Source: Alphaproteobacteria bacterium (GTDB lineage: Bacteria; Pseudomonadota; Alphaproteobacteria; UBA2966). From it: a stretch of DNA of 64,000 nt. Below the pieces are notes generated by a model. It was given only the letters and a program-made list of their open reading frames with translations. It searched no databases and had not been told where the DNA came from. Location: assembly GCA_030740435.1 (NCBI GenBank), contig JASLXG010000039.1, forward strand, positions 595-64,594, given 5' to 3'. Positions 42,373 through 50,273 of the stretch are shown in pieces. Within the stretch, counting starts at the first letter, position 1. Each line of letters opens with the position of its first letter. The position numbers were made by a program, and so were the translations under genes.

Positions 42373-43335
42373 ATGCCAAAATCAAAAAGCCCGCAAGCGG
42401 GCGGCGCCATTTACGCCAACATCTCGGAGACCGTCGGCCGCACCCCGCTGGTGCGTCTCGAGCGCCTGGCCTTTGATGCCGGCTGCGGCGCCGACATCGT
42501 GGCCAAGCTCGAATTCTTCAATCCCCTGGGCTCCGTCAAGGATCGCATCGGGGTGGCCATGATAGAGGCCCTCGAGGCGGCCGGCCGGCTCGGCCCGGAG
42601 ACCGTGCTGGTCGAACCGACTTCGGGCAACACCGGCATCGCCTTGGCCTTCGTCTGCACCGCCAAGGGCTACCGTTTGATTCTGACCATGCCCGAAACCA
42701 TGTCCGCGGAAAGGCGCAAGATGCTGCGCATCCTGGGCGCCGAGATCGAGCTCACCCCGGCCGAACGCGGCATGTCCGGTGCCATCGCCCGGGCCGAGGA
42801 GCTGATCGCTGCGCTGCCCGACGCGGTCATGCCGCAGCAGTTCGAGAACCCGGCCAATCCCGACGTCCACCGCCGCACCACGGCCGAGGAGATCTGGCAC
42901 GACACGGCCGGCCAGGTCGATGCCGTGGTGCTGGGCGTCGGCACCGGCGGCACGCTCACCGGCGTCGGTGGTGTGCTCAAGCAACGCCGGCCCGGGCTCA
43001 GGATGATCGCCGTCGAGCCCGAGGATAGCCCGGTGCTGTCGGGCGGGCCGCCGGGACCGCACGCCATCCAGGGCATCGGCGCCGGTTTCGTGCCCCAGGT
43101 GCTGGACACCGGGTTGATCGACGAGATCGTCACCATCGCCAACGAAACCGCCTTCGAGACGGCCCGCCGGGTGGCCCGGCTCGAGGGTCTGCCGGTGGGT
43201 ATTTCTTCCGGGGCAGCATTGGCCGCGGCACTTGAGGTCGGTGTCCGGCCCGAGATGGCGGGCCGGATGCTGGTGGTGATCGTGCCCTCGTTTGCCGAGC
43301 GCTACGTCACCACGGCGCTTTTCGACGAGCTCTGA
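42373..43335 (+). CDS. cysK: cysteine synthase A (O-acetylserine sulfhydrylase), PLP-dependent
   Basis: PLP lysine motif (…[13 protein letters not shown]…), …[12 protein letters not shown]… and GIGAGF. 320 aa. Confidence 0.85.
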   Translation: MPKSKSPQAGGAIYANISETVGRTPLVRLERLAFDAGCGADIVAKLEFFNPLGSVKDRIGVAMIEALEAAGRLGPETVLVEPTSGNTGIALAFVCTAKGYRLILTMPETMSAERRKMLRILGAEIELTPAERGMSGAIARAEELIAALPDAVMPQQFENPANPDVHRRTTAEEIWHDTAGQVDAVVLGVGTGGTLTGVGGVLKQRRPGLRMIAVEPEDSPVLSGGPPGPHAIQGIGAGFVPQVLDTGLIDEIVTIANETAFETARRVARLEGLPVGISSGAALAAALEVGVRPEMAGRMLVVIVPSFAERYVTTALFDEL

Positions 43336-43341
43336 GCGAAC

Positions 43342-44163
43342 ATGGATTTCTCCGAAGAACAGATCGAGCGCTATGCCCGCCACATCGTGCTGCGCGAGGT
43401 GGGCGGCATCGGCCAGGCAAAACTGCTGCAATCGAGCGTGCTGCTGGTCGGTGCCGGCGGGCTGGGCTCGCCGCTCTTGATGTACCTGGCCGCCGCCGGT
43501 GTGGGCCGCATCGGCATCGTCGACGACGACACCGTCAGCGCTTCCAACCTGCAGCGCCAGATCGCCCACACGCTGGACCGTTTGGGCCAGCCCAAGACCG
43601 AAAGCGCGCAACGCACCGCGGCGGCGCTAAACCCGGACGTCGTGGTCGAGACCCACACCACCCGGCTGGCGGCCGAGAACGCCCTTGAGCTGATCGCCGC
43701 TTACGACCTGGTGGCCGACGGCAGCGACAATTTCGCCACCCGCTTCCTGGTCGCCGACGCCTGCCACCTGGCGGGACGCAGCCTGGTTTCAGCCTCGATC
43801 CTGCGTTTCGACGGTCAGCTTTCGACCTTCCGCTCGCACCTGGGTGGCGACAATCCCTGCTACCGCTGCCTCTACCCCGAGGCGCCGCCGCCGGGCCTGG
43901 TGCCGAGCTGTGCCGAGGGTGGCGTGCTGGGCGCCCTGGCCGGGGCCATGGGATCCTTGCAGGCCACCGAGGTGATCAAGGAGATCCTCGGTGTGGGCGA
44001 CAGCCTGGCCGGCTGGCTGGTGATCTACGAGGCGCTCGGCACCACCTGGCGCAAGGTGCGCGTCCGCCCCGACCCCAACTGCCGGCTCTGCGGCCCCGAG
44101 GCCAGTATTACCGATCTTTCGCAGCACCGGGGCGGCGACGAAGACGCCCAGCGAAACCTATGA
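43342..44163 (+). CDS. moeB: ThiF/MoeB-family E1-like adenylyltransferase (molybdopterin-synthase or sulfur-carrier adenylyltransferase)
   Basis: MDFSEEQIERYARHIVLREVGGIGQAKLLQSSVLLVGAGGLGSPLLMYLAAAGVGRIGIVDDD… is the Rossmann adenylation core. C-terminal CxxC…C Zn motif (NPCYRCLYP…SCAEGG). No rhodanese domain. Starts 7 nt after cysK. Confidence 0.8.
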   Translation: MDFSEEQIERYARHIVLREVGGIGQAKLLQSSVLLVGAGGLGSPLLMYLAAAGVGRIGIVDDDTVSASNLQRQIAHTLDRLGQPKTESAQRTAAALNPDVVVETHTTRLAAENALELIAAYDLVADGSDNFATRFLVADACHLAGRSLVSASILRFDGQLSTFRSHLGGDNPCYRCLYPEAPPPGLVPSCAEGGVLGALAGAMGSLQATEVIKEILGVGDSLAGWLVIYEALGTTWRKVRVRPDPNCRLCGPEASITDLSQHRGGDEDAQRNL

Positions 44164-44300
44164 TACCGAATCCGAATGATTAATTCGGGTGCGGTATCAA
44201 GCCGCCATTGAGGCGGCGGCCAAGTGCGCGGACGCGCACGCCCGGTGAGGGAGCAAAAAAAACCATACGAAATCCGAATTAATCATTCGGATTTCGTATG
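44162..44300. repeat. pair of inverted-orientation palindromic hairpins sharing a 20-bp core (AATCCGAATGATTAATTCGG), flanking two smaller GC hairpins
   Basis: Element 1 is 44162-44198 (GATACCGAATCCGAATGATTAATTCGGGTGCGGTATC). Element 2 is 44264-44300 (CATACGAAATCCGAATTAATCATTCGGATTTCGTATG). The cores are reverse complements of each other. Between them are GCCGCC-ATTGA-GGCGGC and GTGCGCG-GA-CGCGCAC. Element 2 read on the minus strand is followed by T8, a terminator for the convergent dehydrogenase gene. Confidence 0.6.
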
Positions 44301-44339
44301 ACGTCATAGTTTTTCTAGGTTTTCGATCGTTTGTCCGGG

Positions 44340-45329
44340 CTACGTGTACTGCCCCGGCAGCACGCGGTCCGGCGGCACGTGGCCGTCGGCGAAGGTCTTG
44401 ATGTTGATGATCACCTTCTCGCCCATCTCGACGCGGCTTTCCAGGGTGGCCGATGCCATGTGGGGCAAGAGCACGACGTTGTCGAGCTGCATCAGTTTGG
44501 GGTTCACCGCGGGCTCGTGTTCGAAGACGTCGAGCCCGGCCCCGGCCAGGCGGCCGGCGCGCAACAGGCGCGTCAGGGCGTTTTCGTCGATGACCTCGCC
44601 GCGCGAGGTGTTGACCAGGTAGGCGTGCGGCTGCACCAGCTCGAGGCGCCGGGGCGACAGCAGGTGGTAGGTGGCGGGCGTGTGCGGGCAGTTGACCGAG
44701 ATGATGTCCATGCGCGCCACCATCTGGTCGAGGCTCTCCCAGTAGGTGGCTTCGAGCTCGGAGGCGATCTCGGGATGCACCTGGTTGCGGTTGTGGTAGT
44801 GGATCGAGAGGCCGAAACCCCGGGCCCGGCGGGCCACGGCCTGGCCGATGCGGCCCATGCCGATGATGCCCAGCCGCTTGCCGCCGACGCGGTGGCCCAG
44901 CATCGAGGTCGGCGACCAGCCCCGCCAGTCGCCCGAGCGCATCAGCCGCTCGCCCTCGGCCAGGCGCCGCGCCACGGCCAGGATCAGGGCCATGGTCATG
45001 TCGGCCGTGTCCTCGGTGAGCACGCCCGGCGTGTTGGTTACCGTGATGCCGCGCTCGCGGGCCGAGGCCAGGTCGATGTGGTCGACGCCGTTGCCGAAAT
45101 TGGCGATCAGCCGCAGACCGGCGTTGCTCTGCGAGAGCACCCGGGCGTCGATGCGGTCGGTCACCGTGGGCACCAGCACGTCGGCGGTCTTGACCGCCTC
45201 GACCAATTGCTCGGAGCTCAGGGGCACGTCTTCGACGTTCAGCCGCACCTCGAAGAGTTCCATCATGCGGGTCTCTATGACGTCGGGCAGCTTGCGCGTG
45301 ACGATGGCCAGGGGTTTGTTGCTGCTCAT
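44340..45329 (-). CDS. D-isomer-specific 2-hydroxyacid dehydrogenase family protein (glyoxylate/hydroxypyruvate reductase-like)
   Basis: NAD-binding GIIGMGRIGQAVARRARGFG, plus catalytic Arg/Glu/His positions (…NTSRGEVIDE…LDVFEHEP…LLPHMASAT). ATG at 45327-45329 (MSSNKPLAIVTRKLPD…). The upstream in-frame ATG at 45386 is an alternative. Confidence 0.85.
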   Translation of the reverse strand: MSSNKPLAIVTRKLPDVIETRMMELFEVRLNVEDVPLSSEQLVEAVKTADVLVPTVTDRIDARVLSQSNAGLRLIANFGNGVDHIDLASARERGITVTNTPGVLTEDTADMTMALILAVARRLAEGERLMRSGDWRGWSPTSMLGHRVGGKRLGIIGMGRIGQAVARRARGFGLSIHYHNRNQVHPEIASELEATYWESLDQMVARMDIISVNCPHTPATYHLLSPRRLELVQPHAYLVNTSRGEVIDENALTRLLRAGRLAGAGLDVFEHEPAVNPKLMQLDNVVLLPHMASATLESRVEMGEKVIINIKTFADGHVPPDRVLPGQYT

Positions 45330-45489
45330 CAGGCTCTCCGGGCGGCGCCCCGTGGCGCGGGTCGATGGTGCGGCCGGCGCCGGCACCTGGGATCACCCCT
45401 GTCTAGCAAATACCGCTGCGGGTGACAAATCGCCCGCCGCCACGCCGCCCGCCCTTGACCATGGCCCATACCGGCGGCATAGAAGGGGT

Positions 45490-46029
45490 ATGCTACGTCT
45501 GCTCCGGCTGGCCCCCCCCGGCTGCTCCATCGGCGCCCCCAACGGCGCCTTCTTCGGCGCCCTGTTGATGGCGCTGGCAAGCCTGCCGCTGGCTGCCCTG
45601 GCGGCCGGCGAGAGCGGGCTCAAGGTGCCGCGCTTCGTTTCCTTGCGCGCCGATCCGGTCAATGTCCGGGCCGGCCCCGGCGTGCGCTTTCCCATCGCCT
45701 GGATATTCGTGCAAAACGACCTGCCGGTCGAGGTGGTGGCCGAATACGAATTCTGGCGCCGCATCCGCGACCTCGACGGGGCCGAGGGCTGGGTCCACAA
45801 AAGCCTGATCAGCGGCGACCGCTGGGCCATCGTGACGGGCAAGAAACCGCGTCCCTTGCGCCGCCGGCCCAAGGCCAAGGCAGCGCCGGTGATGCGCGCC
45901 GAGGCCGGCGTGCTGGGGCGCTTGCTGCGCTGCAACGGCCAGTGGTGCCAGTTGCGCATCGCCGGCCGCAAGGGCTGGATCCGCCAGGCCTTCGTCTGGG
46001 GCGCCTACCCCGGCGAAACCGTGGACTGA
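45490..46029 (+). CDS. bacterial SH3-like domain-containing exported protein
   Basis: Signal peptide (…ALLMALASLPLAALAA), then an SH3b-like segment (…VNVRAGPGVRFPIAWIFVQNDLPVEVVAEYEFWRRIRDLDGAEGWVHKSLIS…GQWCQLRIAGRKGWI…). ATG at 45490 with the RBS AAGGGG. Confidence 0.65.
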   Translation: MLRLLRLAPPGCSIGAPNGAFFGALLMALASLPLAALAAGESGLKVPRFVSLRADPVNVRAGPGVRFPIAWIFVQNDLPVEVVAEYEFWRRIRDLDGAEGWVHKSLISGDRWAIVTGKKPRPLRRRPKAKAAPVMRAEAGVLGRLLRCNGQWCQLRIAGRKGWIRQAFVWGAYPGETVD

Positions 46030-46050
46030 CGCTACGGGCTTTTCTTGGTG

Positions 46051-46764
46051 TCAGCCGTAGCGGTGCAGCGCCGTGCCGTGCTGCGAGAGCCAATCCCGCG
46101 GTGACTGGCTGTCGAGCACCAATTGCTCGACCAGATCCCAGAACCGGGCGCCGTGGTTGAGCTCGAGCAAGTGCGCCACCTCGTGGGCGACGACGTAATC
46201 GAAAACCGCCTCCGGCGCCAGGATCAGGCGCCAAGAGAACGAGAGCCCGCCCTGGGCCGAGCAACTGCCCCAGCGGGTGCGGGGGTCGCGGATGGTCAGG
46301 CGCTGGAAGCCGGCATCGATGCGCCCGGCCGCCGCCTCGACGCGGTCGAGCGCTTCGCGGCGGGCCGAGAGCTTGAGCCAGTCGCCGAGCCGTCGCCCGA
46401 GGTGGGCGAGCCCGCCACTGACGCAAATGTTGCCGGCTTCGAGCCAGACCGGGGCGGGCCGCTGGCCCAGCCGGGTCTCGGGCCGATGGCAGACGACGTG
46501 GGGCCGGCCGAGATAGGGGATCGTGGCGCCGGCGGCGAACGGTACCTGTTCGGGCAAGGCCGCCAGGCGGTCGGCCAGCCAGGCGCCATGCTCGGCCGCG
46601 AAGGCCAGGCCGCGGCGGCGCGAGATGCCACGCGGCAGTACCAGCTCGGCGCCGCGCCGGGGATCGATCTTCAGCGCCATGCGCCGGGCCCGGGCGCTGG
46701 GGCGTACGCGGATGGCGTAGTGCTGCCCGCCGTGCGTTATGACCGCCGGATCGTCTCGGCTCAT
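46051..46764 (-). CDS. YgjP-like (DUF45/M48-related) predicted metal-dependent hydrolase with HExxH
   Basis: Product starts …YAIRVRPSARARRMALKIDPRRGAELVLPRGIS…. HEXXH motif in DYVVAHEVAHLLELNHGARFW. The ATG at 46762-46764 overlaps the stop of the upstream DapA-like gene (ATGA). Confidence 0.7.
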   Translation of the reverse strand: MSRDDPAVITHGGQHYAIRVRPSARARRMALKIDPRRGAELVLPRGISRRRGLAFAAEHGAWLADRLAALPEQVPFAAGATIPYLGRPHVVCHRPETRLGQRPAPVWLEAGNICVSGGLAHLGRRLGDWLKLSARREALDRVEAAAGRIDAGFQRLTIRDPRTRWGSCSAQGGLSFSWRLILAPEAVFDYVVAHEVAHLLELNHGARFWDLVEQLVLDSQSPRDWLSQHGTALHRYG

Positions 46765-47687
46765 GCCACCTCTGCCGGGCGCTCGAACGATCCCAGTCCG
46801 GTCTCGGTCAGGGCCTCTTCGAGATCGTTGCCGGCCTCGGCCGCCAACGCCGTCAAGGGCGGTCGCAGGCGGCGCCAGGCGGCATCGCCCGTGTGCCGCG
46901 CCCAGACGTCTTTCAGGGCGCCGATCAGGGGATAGCGGTCGAAGACCTCGCGGATGGCGGTGAGGTCTTGCTGGCGCCTCCGGGCGCCCTCTTCCCGCCA
47001 GGCAGCAAAGACCATCTGGCAGTGACGGCTGGTGGCGTTGGCGGTGGCCGAGATGCAGCCCACGCCGCCGGCCTCGAGCACCGGCTGCAGGTAGCGCTCG
47101 GTGCCGGCATAGACGGCGAAGCCGGGGAATTTTTCGCACATGGCCTGCATGTTGCCGAGATCGCCCGAGGAATCCTTGATGCCGGCAATGGCCTCGCCGT
47201 GGCTGGTGCGCAGCATGGCGATCAGCTCGTGGCCCAGCGGCACGTCGCTCATCTTGGGAAAATGGTAGAGGCAGACGCGCATCTCGGGCTCGCCCACGGC
47301 ATCGATGACGCGGGCGAAGGCGGCATGCAGGCCCTCGTCGCTGGCGCCTTTGTAGTAAAAGGGCGGCAGCATCAGGATATTTCGAAAGCCGTGGTCGATG
47401 GCGGCCCGGCTCAGCGCGATGGTGTCGGGAAGGGCGCAGCAGCCGGTGCCGATGAGCAGCTTGCCGGCCGGCAGCCCGGCCTTGGCCACGGCCTCGATCA
47501 GGGCCAGGCGTTCGTCCAGGCTGAAGGAATTGGCTTCCCCCGTGGTGCCCAGCACGGCCAGGCCGTCGCAGCCATTGGCCAGCAGCCAGCGGTAGTGGTC
47601 GAGGGTTGCCGTGATGTCGACGTTGAGCTCGCTGTCGAGGCGGGTGAGGGCGGCGGCAAAGACGCCGCGGGGCAGATCGGTATTCAT
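46761..47687 (-). CDS. dihydrodipicolinate synthase/N-acetylneuraminate lyase (DapA) family protein
   Basis: Class I aldolase TIM barrel of the DHDPS family (…LAVLGTTGEANSFSLDERLALIEAV…; Schiff-base Lys region …IAGIKDSSGD…). Confidence 0.8.
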   Translation of the reverse strand: MNTDLPRGVFAAALTRLDSELNVDITATLDHYRWLLANGCDGLAVLGTTGEANSFSLDERLALIEAVAKAGLPAGKLLIGTGCCALPDTIALSRAAIDHGFRNILMLPPFYYKGASDEGLHAAFARVIDAVGEPEMRVCLYHFPKMSDVPLGHELIAMLRTSHGEAIAGIKDSSGDLGNMQAMCEKFPGFAVYAGTERYLQPVLEAGGVGCISATANATSRHCQMVFAAWREEGARRRQQDLTAIREVFDRYPLIGALKDVWARHTGDAAWRRLRPPLTALAAEAGNDLEEALTETGLGSFERPAEVA

Positions 47688-47726
47688 CGCGGTACTCCCA
47701 TCAGATCCGCCGGGGGGCGCTGCGTT

Positions 47727-48164
47727 TCATTCCGGCCAGATTACCACGTGATCCTCGAGGGCGCCCGCCCGGCGTTCCGAGATCACGCGGCCACGCACCG
47801 AAATGCCGGCCCGGTGCACGCTTTCGCCATCGCCCGCGACCAGCGGGTGCCAGTCGGGCAGCGGGCGGCCCTCGGACATCAGGCGGTAGGCGCAACTCGA
47901 CGGCAACCAGCCCAGGTTCTCGACCAGGCCCGGCTCCAGGCTGACGCAGTCCGCCACCAGGCGCCGGCGCTCGGCATAATTCGTGCAGCGGCAGCTTTGC
48001 AAATCCAGCAGTCGGCAGGCCACCTCGGTGTAGGCGATCTCGCCGCTCTCGATGTCCTCGAGCTTGTTGAGGCAGCATTTGGCGCAGCCGTCGCAGAGCG
48101 CTTCCCATTCCTCGCCGCTCATTTCGTCGAGGCGCTTTTGGCGCCAGAAGGGCCGCTCGCTCAC
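47727..48164 (-). CDS. YcgN-like UPF0260 cysteine-cluster protein
   Basis: From the GTG at 48164 the product is MSERPFWRQKRLDEMSGEEWEALCDGCAKCCLNKLEDIESGEIAYTEVACRLLDLQSCRCTNYAERR… It matches the E. coli YcgN pattern (…[31 protein letters not shown]…CRQL…CQCRNY). The start overlaps the phaZ stop (GTGA). Confidence 0.75.
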   Translation of the reverse strand: MSERPFWRQKRLDEMSGEEWEALCDGCAKCCLNKLEDIESGEIAYTEVACRLLDLQSCRCTNYAERRRLVADCVSLEPGLVENLGWLPSSCAYRLMSEGRPLPDWHPLVAGDGESVHRAGISVRGRVISERRAGALEDHVVIWPE

Positions 48165-49414
48165 GTGCCCTCGTGACGGCGCATGAAGCGCGCGATGCGG
48201 GGCGCGATGTGGCGCCGCCAGCGGCGCCCGTTGAAGACGCCGTAGTGGCCCACGCCGGGCTCTTCGTGGTGGCGCCGCTGGCGCTTCGTGAGGCCGGTAC
48301 AGAGCTTGTGCGCCGCCCGCGTCTGACCCAGGCCGGAGATGTCGTCTCGCTCGCCCTCGACAGTCATCAAGGCGGTGGCGCTGATGGCGGCGGGCTCGAT
48401 CGGCTGGCCCCGCCAGGTCATGGTGCCGCGCGCCAGCGCCTGGTCCTGAAACACCGTCTTGACGGTCTGGAGGTAATATTCCGCCGGCAGGTCCATGACG
48501 GCGAGGTATTCGTCGTAGAAGCGCCGATGCGCCTCGGCGCCGTCGCCGTCGCCTTCGATGAGGTGGTGGAAAAGTCGCATGTGGGCGCCCAGGTGGCGCT
48601 CCAGATTCATGGTCATGAAGCCGCTGAGCTGCAGAAAGCCGGGATAGACGCGGCGCCCGAAGCCGGGGTAGATCAGCGGCACCCGGGTGATGACGTGACG
48701 TTCGAACCAGGCCAGCGAGCGCCTCTGGGCCAGCTTGTTGACCTCGGTCGGGCTCTCGCGGGTATCGATGGGGCCGCCCATCAGGGTCAGTGTGCGCGGC
48801 GCCGCCTGGTCGCCGGCCGCCGCCAGCAGCGCCGTCGCCGCCAGCACCGGCACCGAGGGCTGGCAGACGGCGATGACGTGCGTAGGCGGACCCAGGAGCC
48901 GCAAAAAGTCGATCACCGTGTCGATGTAGTCGTCGAGGTCGAAGCGGCCGGCCGCCGGCGCCACGTCGCGGGCGTCGCGCCAGTCGGTGATGTGGACGTC
49001 GTGGTCGGGCAACAGCGCCGCCACGGTATCGCGCAGCAGCGTCGCGAAATGGCCCGACATGGGCGCCACGATAAGCACCCGCGGGTCTTGGCCCTGCGGG
49101 TCTTGGCCCTGTGGGTCTTGGCCCTTGCCTTCGCGGCAAAAGCGCAAGAGGCGGCAAAAGGTGGTCTCGGCGACCACGCTCTCGCGCACTGCCAAGCGCT
49201 CGCCCTCGGAGAACGTCTCGCTCAGCCCGAAGTCCGGTTTGCTGCGCCTGCGCGTGGTGCGGTCGAAGACCTCGCAGGCCGCCGCCAGGGTCCGGCCGCT
49301 CCGGGTATAAGCCAGCGGGTTGAAGGGGTTCAGAAAGAATTGCTGGCTGGCCTGGGCGGCAAAGCGTAGCGGCTCGAGGGCCGCGTGGTGAAGCTCATGG
49401 GCGTGGTAAAGCAT
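48161..49414 (-). CDS. phaZ: intracellular polyhydroxyalkanoate (PHB) depolymerase PhaZ
   Basis: N-terminus MLYHAHELHHAALEPLRFAAQASQQFFLNPFNPL… is the hallmark of intracellular PHA depolymerases. Contains an in-frame insertion KGQDPQGQDPQGQDP encoded by a 15-bp x3 tandem repeat. Confidence 0.85.
   Translation of the reverse strand: MLYHAHELHHAALEPLRFAAQASQQFFLNPFNPLAYTRSGRTLAAACEVFDRTTRRRSKPDFGLSETFSEGERLAVRESVVAETTFCRLLRFCREGKGQDPQGQDPQGQDPRVLIVAPMSGHFATLLRDTVAALLPDHDVHITDWRDARDVAPAAGRFDLDDYIDTVIDFLRLLGPPTHVIAVCQPSVPVLAATALLAAAGDQAAPRTLTLMGGPIDTRESPTEVNKLAQRRSLAWFERHVITRVPLIYPGFGRRVYPGFLQLSGFMTMNLERHLGAHMRLFHHLIEGDGDGAEAHRRFYDEYLAVMDLPAEYYLQTVKTVFQDQALARGTMTWRGQPIEPAAISATALMTVEGERDDISGLGQTRAAHKLCTGLTKRQRRHHEEPGVGHYGVFNGRRWRRHIAPRIARFMRRHEGT
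49083..49127. repeat. 15-bp tandem repeat x3 (GGGTCTTGGCCCTGN) inside phaZ, in frame
   Basis: Units at 49083-49097, 49098-49112 and 49113-49127, with only third-base differences. Translated on the minus strand they give GQDPQ x3. Confidence 0.85.
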
Positions 49415-49539
49415 ACAAAATCCCCTTCTCGATCAAACCAAGCGCCGTCTGCGGACGCCGTCATGCTAGCACTATATTTTGTGTCCGAGGAAGGTATGCG
49501 ACACAAATTAGTGATTGTTCCGCAGGCGAAATGATAATG

Positions 49540-50199
49540 TTAGAGTGCCTGGCGCAGTCTCTCGGCCAGGCGCTTGGGCGGCGTGGCGCTGGGGAAATGA
49601 GCCAGATAGCGGCCCTTGCGATCCATCAGGTAGACGATGGCGGTGTGGTCCATGCTGTAGTCGTCAGCGTCGGCCTCGGCGCCGTTGTTTTGTACTTTGA
49701 CGTAGTAGATGCGATAGGACCGGGCGGCGGCGGCGACCTCGTCTGGGCTGCCGCTGAGCGCCCGTAGCGCCGGGTGGAAGTTGGCCGCATAGTCCTTCAT
49801 CTGGGCCACCGTATCGCGGGCCGGATCGACGCTGATGAAGATCGGCACGATTTCCGCCGCCGCCGGCCCCAGCGCCTCGAGCGCCGTGGTGATGGTCTGC
49901 AGTTCGGTGGGGCAGACATCGGGGCAATAGGTGTAGCCGAAATAGACCAGCATCAGCTTGCCCCGGAAGTCGGCCTCGCGCACCCGGGCGCCGAACTGAT
50001 CGGTCAGGCTGAAGGGGCCGCCGATGACGGTGTTTTGGCGTTCGCCAAACGACGGCAGCGGTTGGTCGAAAAACAGCCAACGTCCCGCCGCCCCCAGGCC
50101 GACGCCGAGGAGCACGGCCAGCACGATGCTGACAAGGCGCCGAAGCGACGGTCGTCTTGGGCTTGGGCCAGGGGTTGGGACGGACATTGTTGGCTCCAT
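49540..50199 (-). CDS. senC: SCO1/SenC family copper chaperone (thioredoxin fold, CxxxC)
   Basis: TM anchor, then …LMLVYFGYTYCPDVCPTEL… (CPDVCP copper-binding motif) and a conserved His near the C-terminus. The start may be the ATG at 50187. Confidence 0.85.
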   Translation of the reverse strand: MEPTMSVPTPGPSPRRPSLRRLVSIVLAVLLGVGLGAAGRWLFFDQPLPSFGERQNTVIGGPFSLTDQFGARVREADFRGKLMLVYFGYTYCPDVCPTELQTITTALEALGPAAAEIVPIFISVDPARDTVAQMKDYAANFHPALRALSGSPDEVAAAARSYRIYYVKVQNNGAEADADDYSMDHTAIVYLMDRKGRYLAHFPSATPPKRLAERLRQAL

Positions 50200-50273
50200 T
50201 CTTACCCTGCCGGGCGGCGCCGGAGCAAACGGCCAAGATTGACGCCCGGCCGGCTTCTACCCATGCTGGCGCC

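Noticed and set aside
49083-49127. CRISPR array check on the tandem repeats (phaZ 15-mer x3; recF-junction 15-mer x2 at about 31470-31500)
   Set aside because: Direct tandem repeats without spacers, far too short, and inside or next to coding sequence. No cas genes in the window.
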